DNA of 64,000 bases from the IMG/VR virus record IMGVR_UViG_3300049217_000071, positions 186,001-250,000 of that record. One strand, 5' to 3'. Below the pieces are notes generated by a model. That model searched no databases, was not told the DNA's origin, and saw only the letters and a program-made list of their open reading frames with translations. Shown in pieces: positions 20,101 to 29,059 of this stretch (within the stretch, counting starts at the first letter, position 1; every line of letters begins with the position of its first letter). Both the position numbers and the translations under genes were made by a program.

Positions 20101-20626
20101 GGATGATCACAAGACAACCCAAGATGTCAAGAAGGCCAAAGACAAAACCAACGTCAGTTCTTTCAAGGGAATTGTGCGTAGCTTCTTTGAGTTCCGAGTC
20201 AAAAAGGAAACCAGTAAGTATTACGGCAAGCCAATGATCAAAGCTGTCTTGGAAGATAAGAATGGTGATCAATGCACCTGCACCATCTTCCCCGATCGTT
20301 GGGAAACGGTCAAGCAACGTATTCAGGAACTCAACAAGAAGGTGGAATTTGGGGTGGGCATTGCTCTGCACTTTGCTGGCAACACCAATAGCTATGAAGA
20401 TTATATGGGTATCATCTTGGACAATCTGTTCAATATAGCTATTCCGCCTGGATTGCCGGTTGACTTGAAAGCCAAGAGAATCAATCTCAAGGAAGCTAGA
20501 GCCAAGCTTTCGCCGCAAGAGTTGGGTAAAAAGGTCAGAGATATCAAGGACTTGTTTGAGGAAATTGAAGACGTCCTATATGACGAGGGCCTCATCGATT
20601 TAGAGGATGATCCCGAAGATGACTGA
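17105..20626 (+). CDS. dnaE: DNA polymerase III alpha subunit
   Basis: PHP domain (AITDHG), GRGSVGGS, FPDIDTDF, HAGG, KMDTLGL, GYGFNVSHA; no intein seen. Confidence 0.97.
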   Translation: MTDFVSLHNQTDFSILDSLISPKALFKRAKELGQTAIAITDHGSVAAAWDAWKASKDTGVKLIIGCECYFQNDAANVNEKFRHIVLLAKNAVGYRNLLTLNKKGFDQSSFVGKRVYSVLDWKLLEQYSEGLICLTACGNGVVSQLLMNHKMDEAEDTVLRLKQIFGPNLGLEVQPNNMKRGSNIFNDEIDQFFLNRQLINLGKKHNIRVVAACNAHYLKKEESETHDVFLAIGSHQPIFSNFRLRYPVPDFYLKTGDEVKAFFTRNYGEVVAQELCDNSLHFANLCEKPEWIDPKYSNPTGKELPIFPVKDEPDYQEFLEWRRARPAAERVLDEDKAFLRFHCSKYFDARIKGLNDSNVEQYQNRLVEELDVIEYHGFSSYMLIVADFIDWARKHDIAVGDGRGSVGGSLIGFLLGIHQADPIKYNLIFARFHNKEKSSFPDIDTDFAPSGREKVQNYLRQKYGDDHVAHVSNVNTITPKVYARDIARACELGGSKDEAVKIGNEVADCLPAEIHSIDEALTKVPLFAEYVKKYPEFEKYKDICGKYRAWSTHAGGIVISARPLTGLVPLRKDKDGALAIEYDKDKAEENGLVKMDTLGLSTLDIIGQTMQLIKEAGKPLPAEPMDYDVYDKETYDVISGGDTFCVFQLGTSGGTVDLCRRIKPNSINDLANINALARPSARDMRNDFIKTRNGERPMSLLHPNLGRAFNSTYGFGLYEECLMYLAQDIAGWSLHSADRLRKLTKEKGKNPKKAQEWRTEFINDAVKNNVNETIAKRIWDEVVDKFQGYGFNVSHAVLYSMTGYKTAFLKAHYPIEFLMANLMAEVKSNTPDARGNIEKIKKELRKHRVKVVPPDVNKSQLVYTIEDGNRLITGLDAIKFVGEDAIKDIISKRPFKDFFDFMVRVSSKAVRANSIQALAACGALDSFKIPRKLMFLYCSDYRKKLQVWLKKHDPNVDQFVYPYPSEPDWSDPELYALEQYYLGESFICRPALAYGNFFKDDHKTTQDVKKAKDKTNVSSFKGIVRSFFEFRVKKETSKYYGKPMIKAVLEDKNGDQCTCTIFPDRWETVKQRIQELNKKVEFGVGIALHFAGNTNSYEDYMGIILDNLFNIAIPPGLPVDLKAKRINLKEARAKLSPQELGKKVRDIKDLFEEIEDVLYDEGLIDLEDDPEDD

Positions 20627-20767
20627 TATATATGATAAGAATCGACACAGAAAATAACAAATAATAACAAAACCTACTAATAGTTGGTCATTTCGATATG
20701 CACGATGTCAAAAAGTGTTATATATGTGATGACACCAGGCTCTCTGGGAAATGATAAGAAAGTATTT

Positions 20768-21769
20768 ATGAAGCTGAATGATTGGGCCAAAAAGGCAGGA
20801 GTGAAGTATTTGACCGCTTACAGGTGGTTCAAGAACGGCACCCTACCTGTGCCAGCTTATCAAACTGATTCAGGAACCATCATTGTGCAAGACAATTCTG
20901 AAGTATCGGAGCAAAATATGTCTGGCAACTCTGGTGATGCAATGTCCGTCTTATTGAAAAAGACGGTCGAGTTTAGTAAGAACAATTCTTCTATCGAAGA
21001 CTTTGCCGCTTATGTTATTTCCAACTTTCAACTAAAATTGAATGGCACAGCTCCCGATGGTCCAAGATATTCCAAGAACAAGCCAAAGTCAGAAGATATA
21101 CAGAAGCATTTTCAGCAGTTTATTCCTGATAAAGGAAAAGAAGAACAGCTAAAGAGTATCAAAGCTCTTATCAAAGAACAAAACAAGGGAAAAGAAACTC
21201 TCTGTTATCCAGCCTCTGCTGTTGACAAGAGGATGAATGAAGACAAACAAAATCTCGGCCAGCTACCAACCACCGATGATCTAGGATTTATCAGCTCTGA
21301 TGAATTCGTAAGTGATGATCGTGTCGATGATTGGTGTGCCGGCGATATTGTTGAAGGTTCGGTTACACAAAGTGTTGATTTAGATTCAACTCCACAACAA
21401 ATCAACTATACTGGCTCTACTAATCTAGCCTTCAACAATAACTCTAATACTCTATCAGCCAATGATAACACTATGCCTGGCACCAACTTAGGCAGTAGTG
21501 GCACCGTATCTAGTGCTTTGGCCGATTATCGCACACTTGCTGCTGTTCTTGGTGGCACTGCAACTGCCTGTTCCGCTACCCCTTTTCAGGGCACGGCATC
21601 TTCCTGGGCCCCAACTGATGGTGGCGTTTATTTCAACTCGGTTCAGCAGTCGGCTACTCCCTTTATGCCTACCAAAAAGGAACTACAATCGGCTGTCAAG
21701 GTTATAGAAACGGCAGATACTGATCAACCACGTAGCAGACGCGGCCGTAAGCCGTTCAAGAAGGTATAA
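20768..21769 (+). CDS. Protein with N-terminal IS607-TnpA/MerR-like HTH and no recombinase domain
   Basis: MKLNDWAKKAGVKYLTAYRWFKNGTLPVPAYQTDSGTIIV. Confidence 0.65.
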   Translation: MKLNDWAKKAGVKYLTAYRWFKNGTLPVPAYQTDSGTIIVQDNSEVSEQNMSGNSGDAMSVLLKKTVEFSKNNSSIEDFAAYVISNFQLKLNGTAPDGPRYSKNKPKSEDIQKHFQQFIPDKGKEEQLKSIKALIKEQNKGKETLCYPASAVDKRMNEDKQNLGQLPTTDDLGFISSDEFVSDDRVDDWCAGDIVEGSVTQSVDLDSTPQQINYTGSTNLAFNNNSNTLSANDNTMPGTNLGSSGTVSSALADYRTLAAVLGGTATACSATPFQGTASSWAPTDGGVYFNSVQQSATPFMPTKKELQSAVKVIETADTDQPRSRRGRKPFKKV

Positions 21770-21858
21770 TGACTAAGTTTATCAAGAAACATCCCTGGCT
21801 TTTATTTCAAGAAGGTATAATGACTAAGTTTATCAAGAAACATCCCTGGCTTTTATTT
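21755..21858 (+). repeat. Perfect 51-bp tandem duplication covering a stop/start junction
   Basis: TTCAAGAAGGTATAATGACTAAGTTTATCAAGAAACATCCCTGGCTTTTAT x2. Confidence 0.95.
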
Positions 21859-22338
21859 AAGTGCATTGCACTTACCTCCTGGTTTTGCGGCTTCTTGGCC
21901 AAGCATTTGACCAAAGCTATGCTCCTTTTGCTAGACCTCAAGAATAAAGATCCTAACCCACCTCCGCCACCCGCTCCAAGAGAGCCTTCTTTCGAAGATC
22001 AGATGCAAACTACCGCTCAAAAAGGCAATCTCTTCTCCGTTGCGACTCGTGAGAGACCTAAATTCAATTTCCCGTATATTCCTGAGTGGGTAGCCAAGTC
22101 TTTCAAGGATCATACTAAGCACCCGCTTCATAATGTGAAGTTGAAGCCACCATCATTTTTGCCAATGGCCTCCAAACCGGCTCCAGAAGCACCGCTGGCT
22201 CCTACCGTAGCTCTCGAAACCACGCTTGAGGTAGGACGTGCAGCGATTGATAATCTGCGCCAAGCTGTTTCCAATATAGAAAAGGCTGTAGAGCTACCAC
22301 CAACCCGCAAACTCAAGAAATCAAGTAAGAAGGGCTAA
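21769..22338 (+). CDS. Hypothetical Pro-rich protein with duplicated N-terminus and a hydrophobic segment
   Basis: MTKFIKKHPWLLF occurs twice. Confidence 0.55.
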   Translation: MTKFIKKHPWLLFQEGIMTKFIKKHPWLLFKCIALTSWFCGFLAKHLTKAMLLLLDLKNKDPNPPPPPAPREPSFEDQMQTTAQKGNLFSVATRERPKFNFPYIPEWVAKSFKDHTKHPLHNVKLKPPSFLPMASKPAPEAPLAPTVALETTLEVGRAAIDNLRQAVSNIEKAVELPPTRKLKKSSKKG

Positions 22339-22339
22339 T

Positions 22340-23509
22340 ATGCAATTACATCCTACTCAACTCGTCAAGACTTTTCTTCAGGACAAACCAGATTTAATGC
22401 AATCCTATGTGGATTGGGGAACTGTATTTGTGGAATACGCCCTTGCTCCTTTGGGAGGCATTCTATTGTATCTAATAGATGTGCAAGGATTAGACCCAAA
22501 CACTTCATCTATCCAAAAGTATTGCCGAGAATTAGAAGAGGCTGTGGCTAATGTGCAAGACACCAAAGATTTCGATTCTGATTATGATCTTTCTTGGGTA
22601 ACTAAGAAGTGGCAAGATGCCAATAGGGGACTGAAGGCTGTGCAATTGACTCAGGAGAAATTCAGGGAACTAACTGATTTGAGCGATATAGCAGATAAGC
22701 CGGCCGAAGTAGTCGTCAATGGTCGAGTAGCAGACAGTGAGGATGAGTTCTTTGCCAAATGCACCGAAATCAACCGTGTAGCGCCCCCTGCCCCAAAGCG
22801 AGAAATTCCTATCACCACTGAAGAGCAAGAAGCTCGTGATCAGCGTAAGCGCGATGTTCTAGAAAAAATGAAAGCCAAGATAGATTTGAGCAGCAAGTAT
22901 GGTCGTCAAGAGTATAGAAAAGTGGTAGCAGAAGAGGATATCTTGGACAATAATACCAAGTTCAATCCAGGTGGTTTTATGGAAGACAAGCTTAATGAAT
23001 TAGAAGAGCTACTTCAAAAAATGGAAAAGGACTCTCCTCCAAAGTCTAAGCCAACCAAGAAGGCTAACAAGATTACTAAGGTCAATCGAATCAATAAGCG
23101 CCCTTTCATCAAGAAGGAGCCGGCTACTCGTTTGTCCGATGATAATCTGTTGCGTGCCGAGAAGTTAGCTCGTGAAATGGTGGTCAAGGGGCTTTGCGAT
23201 GACAACAATGTTGCCATTGAAGCACAGATTGCTGAATTGGCTAGTCTCTCGAAGCCTTTAGAGGATTTGGCAAAGATTATCAAACGTCATACGCCCAAGA
23301 TACAGTTTTCCAAACGGGCTCATAAAGAAGCAGAGGAGATACAAACCCTAATCAAAAAGGGTCATTTAGATCCGAAAGATTTAGATGAACTGGTAAACAA
23401 TGGTGCTCGTCAAGAAAGTGTTGATTGTTGGAAGCAACAACATAATCACGAGTATAATGAAGCTACCAAGTTCAAGGGCAACTTCAGAAGGTCTCCTTCC
23501 AAAGGATAA
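22340..23509 (+). CDS. Hypothetical protein whose C-terminal part is paralogous to the scaffold C-terminus
   Basis: LAREMVVKGLC..RHTP and KEAEEIQTLIKKGHLDPKD..W match segments of 53149..56838. Confidence 0.7.
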   Translation: MQLHPTQLVKTFLQDKPDLMQSYVDWGTVFVEYALAPLGGILLYLIDVQGLDPNTSSIQKYCRELEEAVANVQDTKDFDSDYDLSWVTKKWQDANRGLKAVQLTQEKFRELTDLSDIADKPAEVVVNGRVADSEDEFFAKCTEINRVAPPAPKREIPITTEEQEARDQRKRDVLEKMKAKIDLSSKYGRQEYRKVVAEEDILDNNTKFNPGGFMEDKLNELEELLQKMEKDSPPKSKPTKKANKITKVNRINKRPFIKKEPATRLSDDNLLRAEKLAREMVVKGLCDDNNVAIEAQIAELASLSKPLEDLAKIIKRHTPKIQFSKRAHKEAEEIQTLIKKGHLDPKDLDELVNNGARQESVDCWKQQHNHEYNEATKFKGNFRRSPSKG

Positions 23510-23511
23510 TT

Positions 23512-23970
23512 ATGCCAATCAGAAGAGTCAAGCAATATTCCGATCGCGGAAGTATCAAGAACCTGCACAACGAGGACGATGACAACTATCCTCCGACTGA
23601 TTTAGAGCTACGACTTAAGCAACTGTATGAGCGTGCCGTAGAAACCAGAGACCAGGGCCTATCGGATTCCTTAGGTTTCATTACGATGAATAGTAAATCT
23701 ATTGATCCGGTATCTGTTTATAGACACCGAGAATATGTTGAGTCTCTAAAGTCTAAACTAACTACTACTGAAAATATGAAGCAGATAGTGGATGCTATGC
23801 CCTTTGTTGACCCAGCGCTCGCTTGCCATCCACTTTCTCTATCCGATATCAGGAAAGCGCAGGCCAACTCTACTTACGCCATTCATCGAGTAGAAGAGTT
23901 TGTCAAGACGGCTGACGCCAATGGAAACATTTCCCACCGCAGCCTTAGAAGTTTTAGAAGAGTGAGTTAA
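23512..23970 (+). CDS. Hypothetical protein
   Basis: AAGGA SD. Confidence 0.55.
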   Translation: MPIRRVKQYSDRGSIKNLHNEDDDNYPPTDLELRLKQLYERAVETRDQGLSDSLGFITMNSKSIDPVSVYRHREYVESLKSKLTTTENMKQIVDAMPFVDPALACHPLSLSDIRKAQANSTYAIHRVEEFVKTADANGNISHRSLRSFRRVS

Positions 23971-23971
23971 T

Positions 23972-24799
23972 ATGAAGTGTATAAGCTGTGAAACAGAAAT
24001 CAATCCAAAGTGGAAACACGCCATTGATATCAACGTCTGCCCTTTTTGTGGACAGAACATTCTCGAAGAGCATCTCAAGAACTTGTTGGCGGATCTAGCC
24101 AAAACGATGCTCGCTTTGCAACAGTATCCTGATCAAGTCAATGATTGGCTGCTCTCTAACTACAACTATGTCAAGACCGACTCCCCAGATCTAGCCTCTT
24201 TCATTCCAAAGGATACTATCAAGGAACTTCGTAAGGCCATTGATGATGAAGAGTTTGAGAATAAGAAGCGCACTATCAAAGTCAAGACCGCTGACGGGGA
24301 ACAGGAGGTGGAGGTGCAAAAGATTCAATCTGATGCGAAAACCAACTCCTTTTTCGAGCGAGCCGAAGCCCTCCGAGATCCTCCCAAGAAAAAAGGAGAG
24401 GAGCCGGAAGCCCCTAAAAGTATTGCCGAAAAGACTCAGCATATTAAGCAAATGGCGCAGCGAATCAAAAAAGAAGCCTCCCAAGGTATTGTCGGCCAAG
24501 CTGACCTGGCATCTATGATGTCGGCCGAGGGCGGTGGTGAAGTAGAAAATCCTGAGTTCGTGGCCGAATTACAGTCCGTGCTTTCGGGCGGTGATATAGT
24601 CAGTTCAGCCTTGCCAGAACCGGCCGGAGGTGACGATGACGTTATTCCGGGTGCCGAGAATGTAGTTTCTAGAATGGCTAATATGGTGGGTAACAAGACT
24701 ACAGCTCAAGAACGCGATATGAAGACTTTGCAGGAAATGCAAAACAGAGTGCAGAACACCTCTAAGAAATTGGGTAAGGGTGGTTTCAGTCGAGCTTGA
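23972..24799 (+). CDS. Zn-ribbon protein
   Basis: CISC..CPFC at the N-terminus. Confidence 0.6.
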   Translation: MKCISCETEINPKWKHAIDINVCPFCGQNILEEHLKNLLADLAKTMLALQQYPDQVNDWLLSNYNYVKTDSPDLASFIPKDTIKELRKAIDDEEFENKKRTIKVKTADGEQEVEVQKIQSDAKTNSFFERAEALRDPPKKKGEEPEAPKSIAEKTQHIKQMAQRIKKEASQGIVGQADLASMMSAEGGGEVENPEFVAELQSVLSGGDIVSSALPEPAGGDDDVIPGAENVVSRMANMVGNKTTAQERDMKTLQEMQNRVQNTSKKLGKGGFSRA

Positions 24800-24820
24800 T
24801 TTTCAGAAAGAGTAAGTGCA

Positions 24821-25111
24821 ATGGGAATCCGAGTAGTCGACAACAAAAAGCTGGATATGACGGATGATGAGTGGACGATGTATCAGCAAATCATCAAGTC
24901 TTACACAACCCTCAGTAATAAGGGCGAAGACCTTTTTATGGAGCTTTTCGAAACTGATGACGAAGGAATTATTGTCTTTCTTAGGCCACCTTCCAAACGT
25001 CAAACCAGCTTGCAGGTCTTCCTCTTTTTGATGGCCCTGATGCAGCACCAACACCTGCGATCTATGCGGAAACAGGTGACCGAAGCCATCGCGGAAATGA
25101 AGAAGAAATAA
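24821..25111 (+). CDS. Hypothetical protein
   Basis: 96-aa ORF. Confidence 0.55.
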   Translation: MGIRVVDNKKLDMTDDEWTMYQQIIKSYTTLSNKGEDLFMELFETDDEGIIVFLRPPSKRQTSLQVFLFLMALMQHQHLRSMRKQVTEAIAEMKKK

Positions 25112-25179
25112 GCGCGTTCATTAGTTTATTTTGTCGAGATAAAGTTCGTTATATTACGTATTACAGAAAGAAGACAGAC

Positions 25180-25689
25180 ATGAGCCAACAAGTAAGACTT
25201 GGTGATTTGATAGGTTCTAACCCTGAGGAAGACTTCAGGAATTTCGACCTCACCGAGGTGCAGCAAGTGCTGAACCAACTTCAACAGGTAGACGCCATTG
25301 ACTTGGCGCACGCAGAATTTTTACAGCAACAAGCATTGAGAGGAGCCGACATCCTGGTAGAGTTTATGGCCAAGGTTGTCAAGACAGTAGGATATCTAGA
25401 AGCGAGAGTAAATAGCACGAAGAACAAAGTATCATTAGAATATGTGGCACCGGACGGTGCACGAACGACAGCAGATATGAAAAGATGGGCAGCCGATACA
25501 TCGCCCGAAGTAGAAAATGTGCAAAACAGACTAGCAGAAGCCAAGGGAGCCAAGGTTGCCCTGGAACGAAAATTCGATATAATCGTCAAAGCCCATCATC
25601 ATTATAAAGACATTGCGACCGGGCTGCGCAAGACGATCCTCGGATATAGTTCAGACATCAACGAAAAGGCGCCCGAAGGCTACGAATGA
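25180..25689 (+). CDS. Helical protein coupled to recA (possible UvsY-like mediator)
   Basis: Size, helical character and position; function is inference. Confidence 0.4.
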   Translation: MSQQVRLGDLIGSNPEEDFRNFDLTEVQQVLNQLQQVDAIDLAHAEFLQQQALRGADILVEFMAKVVKTVGYLEARVNSTKNKVSLEYVAPDGARTTADMKRWAADTSPEVENVQNRLAEAKGAKVALERKFDIIVKAHHHYKDIATGLRKTILGYSSDINEKAPEGYE

Positions 25690-26903
25690 TGGGAGATAAA
25701 ATGTCAGATGATAAGAAAAAGAAAGACGATAAGCTAACCGCGTTTTTCCGAAGTTTCGCCGAAGCTGATGCTGAATTGGATTTCAAGATGGCTCACGAAA
25801 TGGTGGGCGCCAAATTGCCAGGTAGTTCAACTGGTTCATTAGCATTAGATGATGCGTTATCATCTGGTAATCTGCCAAAGGGCAGGCTCTTTCAATATTA
25901 CGGTCCCACCGGTTCTGGTAAGACGCTGATGGCGATGCTAGCCCTCAAAGAAGCTCAGATTGCGGAACCAGGCACTCAGCAAGTTTTTATCGATGCTGAA
26001 GGCACTTTCGATTCTAATTGGGCAGAGGCTCTAGGATTAGACACTTCTAGGATCATCCATATCTTCGGTGAACAAGCCGTCAACGGACGTGATTGTTTCG
26101 AGATGCTTTTGGGTGTTCCCAAAGAAGATAAGAAGACTCACGAGTTGGTCGGCAAAAGCAAGGAAGGTTTGCTAGACAACATTATGAACGGTACCTTCAA
26201 CATCAATTTCGTGGTGTTGGATTCTCTGGGCGCCATCATCCCGCCAGGGGAAGATATCTCCCGAGTTGGTAAGATGAATATGGCCTTGCAGGCTAGATTC
26301 CTTACTACTACTTTCCGTAAGCTGTCTCTAGACGCCAACAAGGCTCAAGTCCCCTTTATTTTCATCAACCATCAGAAAGCTGGTATGGATCCTTACGGAC
26401 CTGACCACACCTTCTCGGGTGGTAATAGCTACGCTCACTTTTTGTCTGCCAACATCTATTTCGAGGCAGTGCAGAGAGCAGACGCTCAGATTCTAGATGC
26501 CAAGGAGCAGAAAATTGGGCATACGATGCGCGCCACTATTGAAAAGTCCAAGTTTGGACCGTGGCCAAGAAAATGTGAATTCAAGGTAAACTTCGGAATC
26601 GGTGTTATAGACAGGCACGAGGAAATCGCCCAACTGGCCGTGGATTACAACGTCGTTGTCAAGACGTCCACTGTCTCCCATGAATACGGAGATAAAAAGT
26701 GGGTAGGCTTTCCCAAGTTTTGTGAAGCAGTAAAAGAGGACCAAAACTTTGCGAATGAACTAGTTGTCAAAATTAGTGCAGCTCGTGAAGCAAAATGGGA
26801 AACAGCACGTAAAGAACAAGAAGCAAAAAAGAATGCCCTACTTGGAGTTGCAGTATCTGAAGAGGATATTGAAGCTTCTAAGAAAGGTAAGAAGGGTAAG
26901 TAA
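25686..26903 (+). CDS. recA: RecA recombinase
   Basis: STGSLALDDAL, GPTGSGKT, FIDAEG, VVLDSLGA, FINHQ, SGG. Confidence 0.93.
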   Translation: MMGDKMSDDKKKKDDKLTAFFRSFAEADAELDFKMAHEMVGAKLPGSSTGSLALDDALSSGNLPKGRLFQYYGPTGSGKTLMAMLALKEAQIAEPGTQQVFIDAEGTFDSNWAEALGLDTSRIIHIFGEQAVNGRDCFEMLLGVPKEDKKTHELVGKSKEGLLDNIMNGTFNINFVVLDSLGAIIPPGEDISRVGKMNMALQARFLTTTFRKLSLDANKAQVPFIFINHQKAGMDPYGPDHTFSGGNSYAHFLSANIYFEAVQRADAQILDAKEQKIGHTMRATIEKSKFGPWPRKCEFKVNFGIGVIDRHEEIAQLAVDYNVVVKTSTVSHEYGDKKWVGFPKFCEAVKEDQNFANELVVKISAAREAKWETARKEQEAKKNALLGVAVSEEDIEASKKGKKGK

Positions 26904-26905
26904 TA

Positions 26906-27283
26906 ATGCCAAGTGATATTGCCGTTGGGGCTAATATAAATACTCCAGAAGGGGCGTTTGCAGTTCTCCCCCGAGGAGCCGCACAACTCAAGAAGCCTCC
27001 CTATCTAATTACATTGATAGAGACCAGCGGCAAAACGCAAACAGTTTCCAGGTTCGTATCTTTGGATAAACCAGAACTCCAGAATGGGTTTATTCAAGTT
27101 AGAGGAATCTTTTGCGACAAAGCGGAAGACGTAATTGTCAAAAGCTTTCAAGACATCTTGACGACTGAACCCAAGGAATCAATCTTGGAGATGATGTTTC
27201 CCATCCATAGAATACACAGCATTAGAAGTTTAGTGTATAGTGCTGTCAAAACGCTAACACCAACTAAGCAAGAAGGAAAGTGA
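26906..27283 (+). CDS. Hypothetical protein
   Basis: Operon context. Confidence 0.55.
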   Translation: MPSDIAVGANINTPEGAFAVLPRGAAQLKKPPYLITLIETSGKTQTVSRFVSLDKPELQNGFIQVRGIFCDKAEDVIVKSFQDILTTEPKESILEMMFPIHRIHSIRSLVYSAVKTLTPTKQEGK

Positions 27284-27621
27284 GCAGTATAATGAAGAGC
27301 AATGTGAGGAAAGTTTATCTAGGAACTGTGTGGCCAGATAATATAGATGTGAATGAATTAACTTTTACGAAGCTTATTACGGTAATAGAAAACCTCTCTG
27401 GGAGAACCTGGACCGGCACGATGACTAATTTGACGACAGCTCTGAACAAAGTTTCGAGTCGCAATCAAAGAAATCTTCTACCCCGTTCCCCAGGTGCTCT
27501 GAGAGTGGTGATAAACAGAATAGCCAACAGGCTACGCAACAGAGGTATTGGCGTCAAGTTTGCACGTACCACTGATCACGCAAGAACACGCACCGTAAGA
27601 TTTACACGCACATCATTCTGA
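27280..27621 (+). CDS. Basic, probably DNA-binding (winged-helix-like) protein
   Basis: WTGTMTNL..LPRSPGALRVVINRIANRLRNRGIGV. Confidence 0.5.
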   Translation: MSSIMKSNVRKVYLGTVWPDNIDVNELTFTKLITVIENLSGRTWTGTMTNLTTALNKVSSRNQRNLLPRSPGALRVVINRIANRLRNRGIGVKFARTTDHARTRTVRFTRTSF

Positions 27622-27708
27622 TGTGATGAATAGATTACGATCGATGTTTGTTAAGTAGATAGTAAACGTACCTTTGTGTACAATAGAAAATAACAGTTAG
27701 GAGATCAT

Positions 27709-28416
27709 ATGACTACATTCGGTGAAATTAATTGGAGTGATGACGTTTTTGGTGGCCAAGATGGCAAAAAGAACACCAACTCTAAGGACCTGTTCCTTAG
27801 ACTAGATGAAGGCCCAAACGAGGTGAGACTGATTACTCAGCCTTTCCAGTATTTGGTCCACAAGTACAAGAAGGCTGATGACACTGGCTTCGGTCAGAAG
27901 GTCCCATGCTCCGCTATCCACGGAAGCTGCCCGCTCTGTGCTATGGGCGACAAGGCCAAGCCACGTTGGTTGCTCGGTGTAATTAGCCGCAAGACCAACA
28001 CCTACAAGATCTTGGACATTTCTTTCGCTGTTTTCGGACAGATCAGAAAGTACGCTAAGAACGCTGCTCGTTTTGGTGATCCAACCAAGTACGATATCAA
28101 CATTGAGGTGGATAAGAACGGTGGAGCCACTGGCTACTACTCAGTTCAAGCGCTCAATAAAGAAGCTCTTTCCGCTACGGATCAAGACATCAAAGACAAA
28201 GTTGACTTCGATGATTTGAAGCGTAGGGTCACTCCTCCAACTCCTGACATCGTTCAGAAGAGAATGGATAAGATTGACGGCGTTGCTACCCCAGCAACCG
28301 GAACTGCCCCAGCTTCGGCTGCCAAGAAAGCTGCGCCTAAGGCTGCAACCCCTCCAGTTAGCATGACTGATGAAGAGACTTTAGATGAGTCCTTCCCCGC
28401 TCATGATGCATCATAA
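27709..28416 (+). CDS. Single-stranded DNA-binding protein (gp32-like)
   Basis: H..C..CPLC Zn site, DPTKYDINI, acidic C-terminal tail, AGGAG SD. Confidence 0.7.
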   Translation: MTTFGEINWSDDVFGGQDGKKNTNSKDLFLRLDEGPNEVRLITQPFQYLVHKYKKADDTGFGQKVPCSAIHGSCPLCAMGDKAKPRWLLGVISRKTNTYKILDISFAVFGQIRKYAKNAARFGDPTKYDINIEVDKNGGATGYYSVQALNKEALSATDQDIKDKVDFDDLKRRVTPPTPDIVQKRMDKIDGVATPATGTAPASAAKKAAPKAATPPVSMTDEETLDESFPAHDAS

Positions 28417-28438
28417 TCTAAGTTCCCCTTAGAGAACA

Positions 28439-28472
28439 AAAAGGTCCAAGGCTCCCCCGCTTTGGTCCTTTT
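28439..28472 (+). terminator. Intrinsic terminator-like hairpin
   Basis: AAAAGGTCCAAGGC...GCTTTGGTCCTTTT after the SSB gene. Confidence 0.6.
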
Positions 28473-28482
28473 CTATTTACAC

Positions 28483-28490
28483 TGATATAT
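28483..28490 (+). promoter_or_regulatory. Representative of candidate promoter motif A, (T/C)G(A/T)TATAT
   Basis: Also at 4763, 5427 (GGATATAT), 6521, 13700, 20624, 20716, 25147, 31168, 31708, 45857, 59289, 60081 and 43932(-). Confidence 0.65.
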
Positions 28491-28498
28491 TACTTGGT

Positions 28499-29059
28499 AT
28501 GTCCAAGATTATATTAGGGTTTGACGTTTCCAGTACCACCATCGGTTGGTGCGTTTTGAGTCTCGATGAGAAAAACAATATCTCTTTTGTCAAAGCAGAT
28601 TATGTGAAGCCAGTCAAGAAAGGCTCTATTATTGAGAGAATAGTAGATACCAGAGATAAAATCCAAAAAATCATTGACGAAGTCAAGCCAGACTATATTG
28701 GTATCGAAGATATCATCAAGTTTATGGCAGGGAAGAGTAGCGCTCAAACCATCATAATGCTAACTACATTCAATCGAATGATTGGATTATGTGCTTATGA
28801 TTATCTACATAGGTCTCCTGAATTGTTTAGTGTTATGACCATCAGACACGGACTCAAACTGGATAATGTCTTTCCAAAAAAAGAAGATATGCCCGCTCTT
28901 GTCTCGCAACGTTTAGGAATTATATTCCCTTACCAGCTCGGAAAAAAGGGCGCTCTCAAAGTGGAGAACTATGATATGGCGGACGGTATTGCCGTAGCGT
29001 TATATTATGCATTGGTTCTGACCGGGCAAACCAAGGTCAAGCGCAAGGGTAAGAAATGA
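28499..29059 (+). CDS. RuvC-like Holliday junction resolvase
   Basis: ILGFDVSSTTIGW, IGIED, DMADGIAVA. Confidence 0.8.
   Translation: MSKIILGFDVSSTTIGWCVLSLDEKNNISFVKADYVKPVKKGSIIERIVDTRDKIQKIIDEVKPDYIGIEDIIKFMAGKSSAQTIIMLTTFNRMIGLCAYDYLHRSPELFSVMTIRHGLKLDNVFPKKEDMPALVSQRLGIIFPYQLGKKGALKVENYDMADGIAVALYYALVLTGQTKVKRKGKK

Noticed and set aside
17105-20626. Intein or intron in dnaE (also checked recA and terL)
   Set aside because: Normal lengths, continuous motifs, no splice-junction signatures
20684-21769. Intact IS607 element
   Set aside because: Only the HTH is present; no catalytic domain, tnpB or element ends
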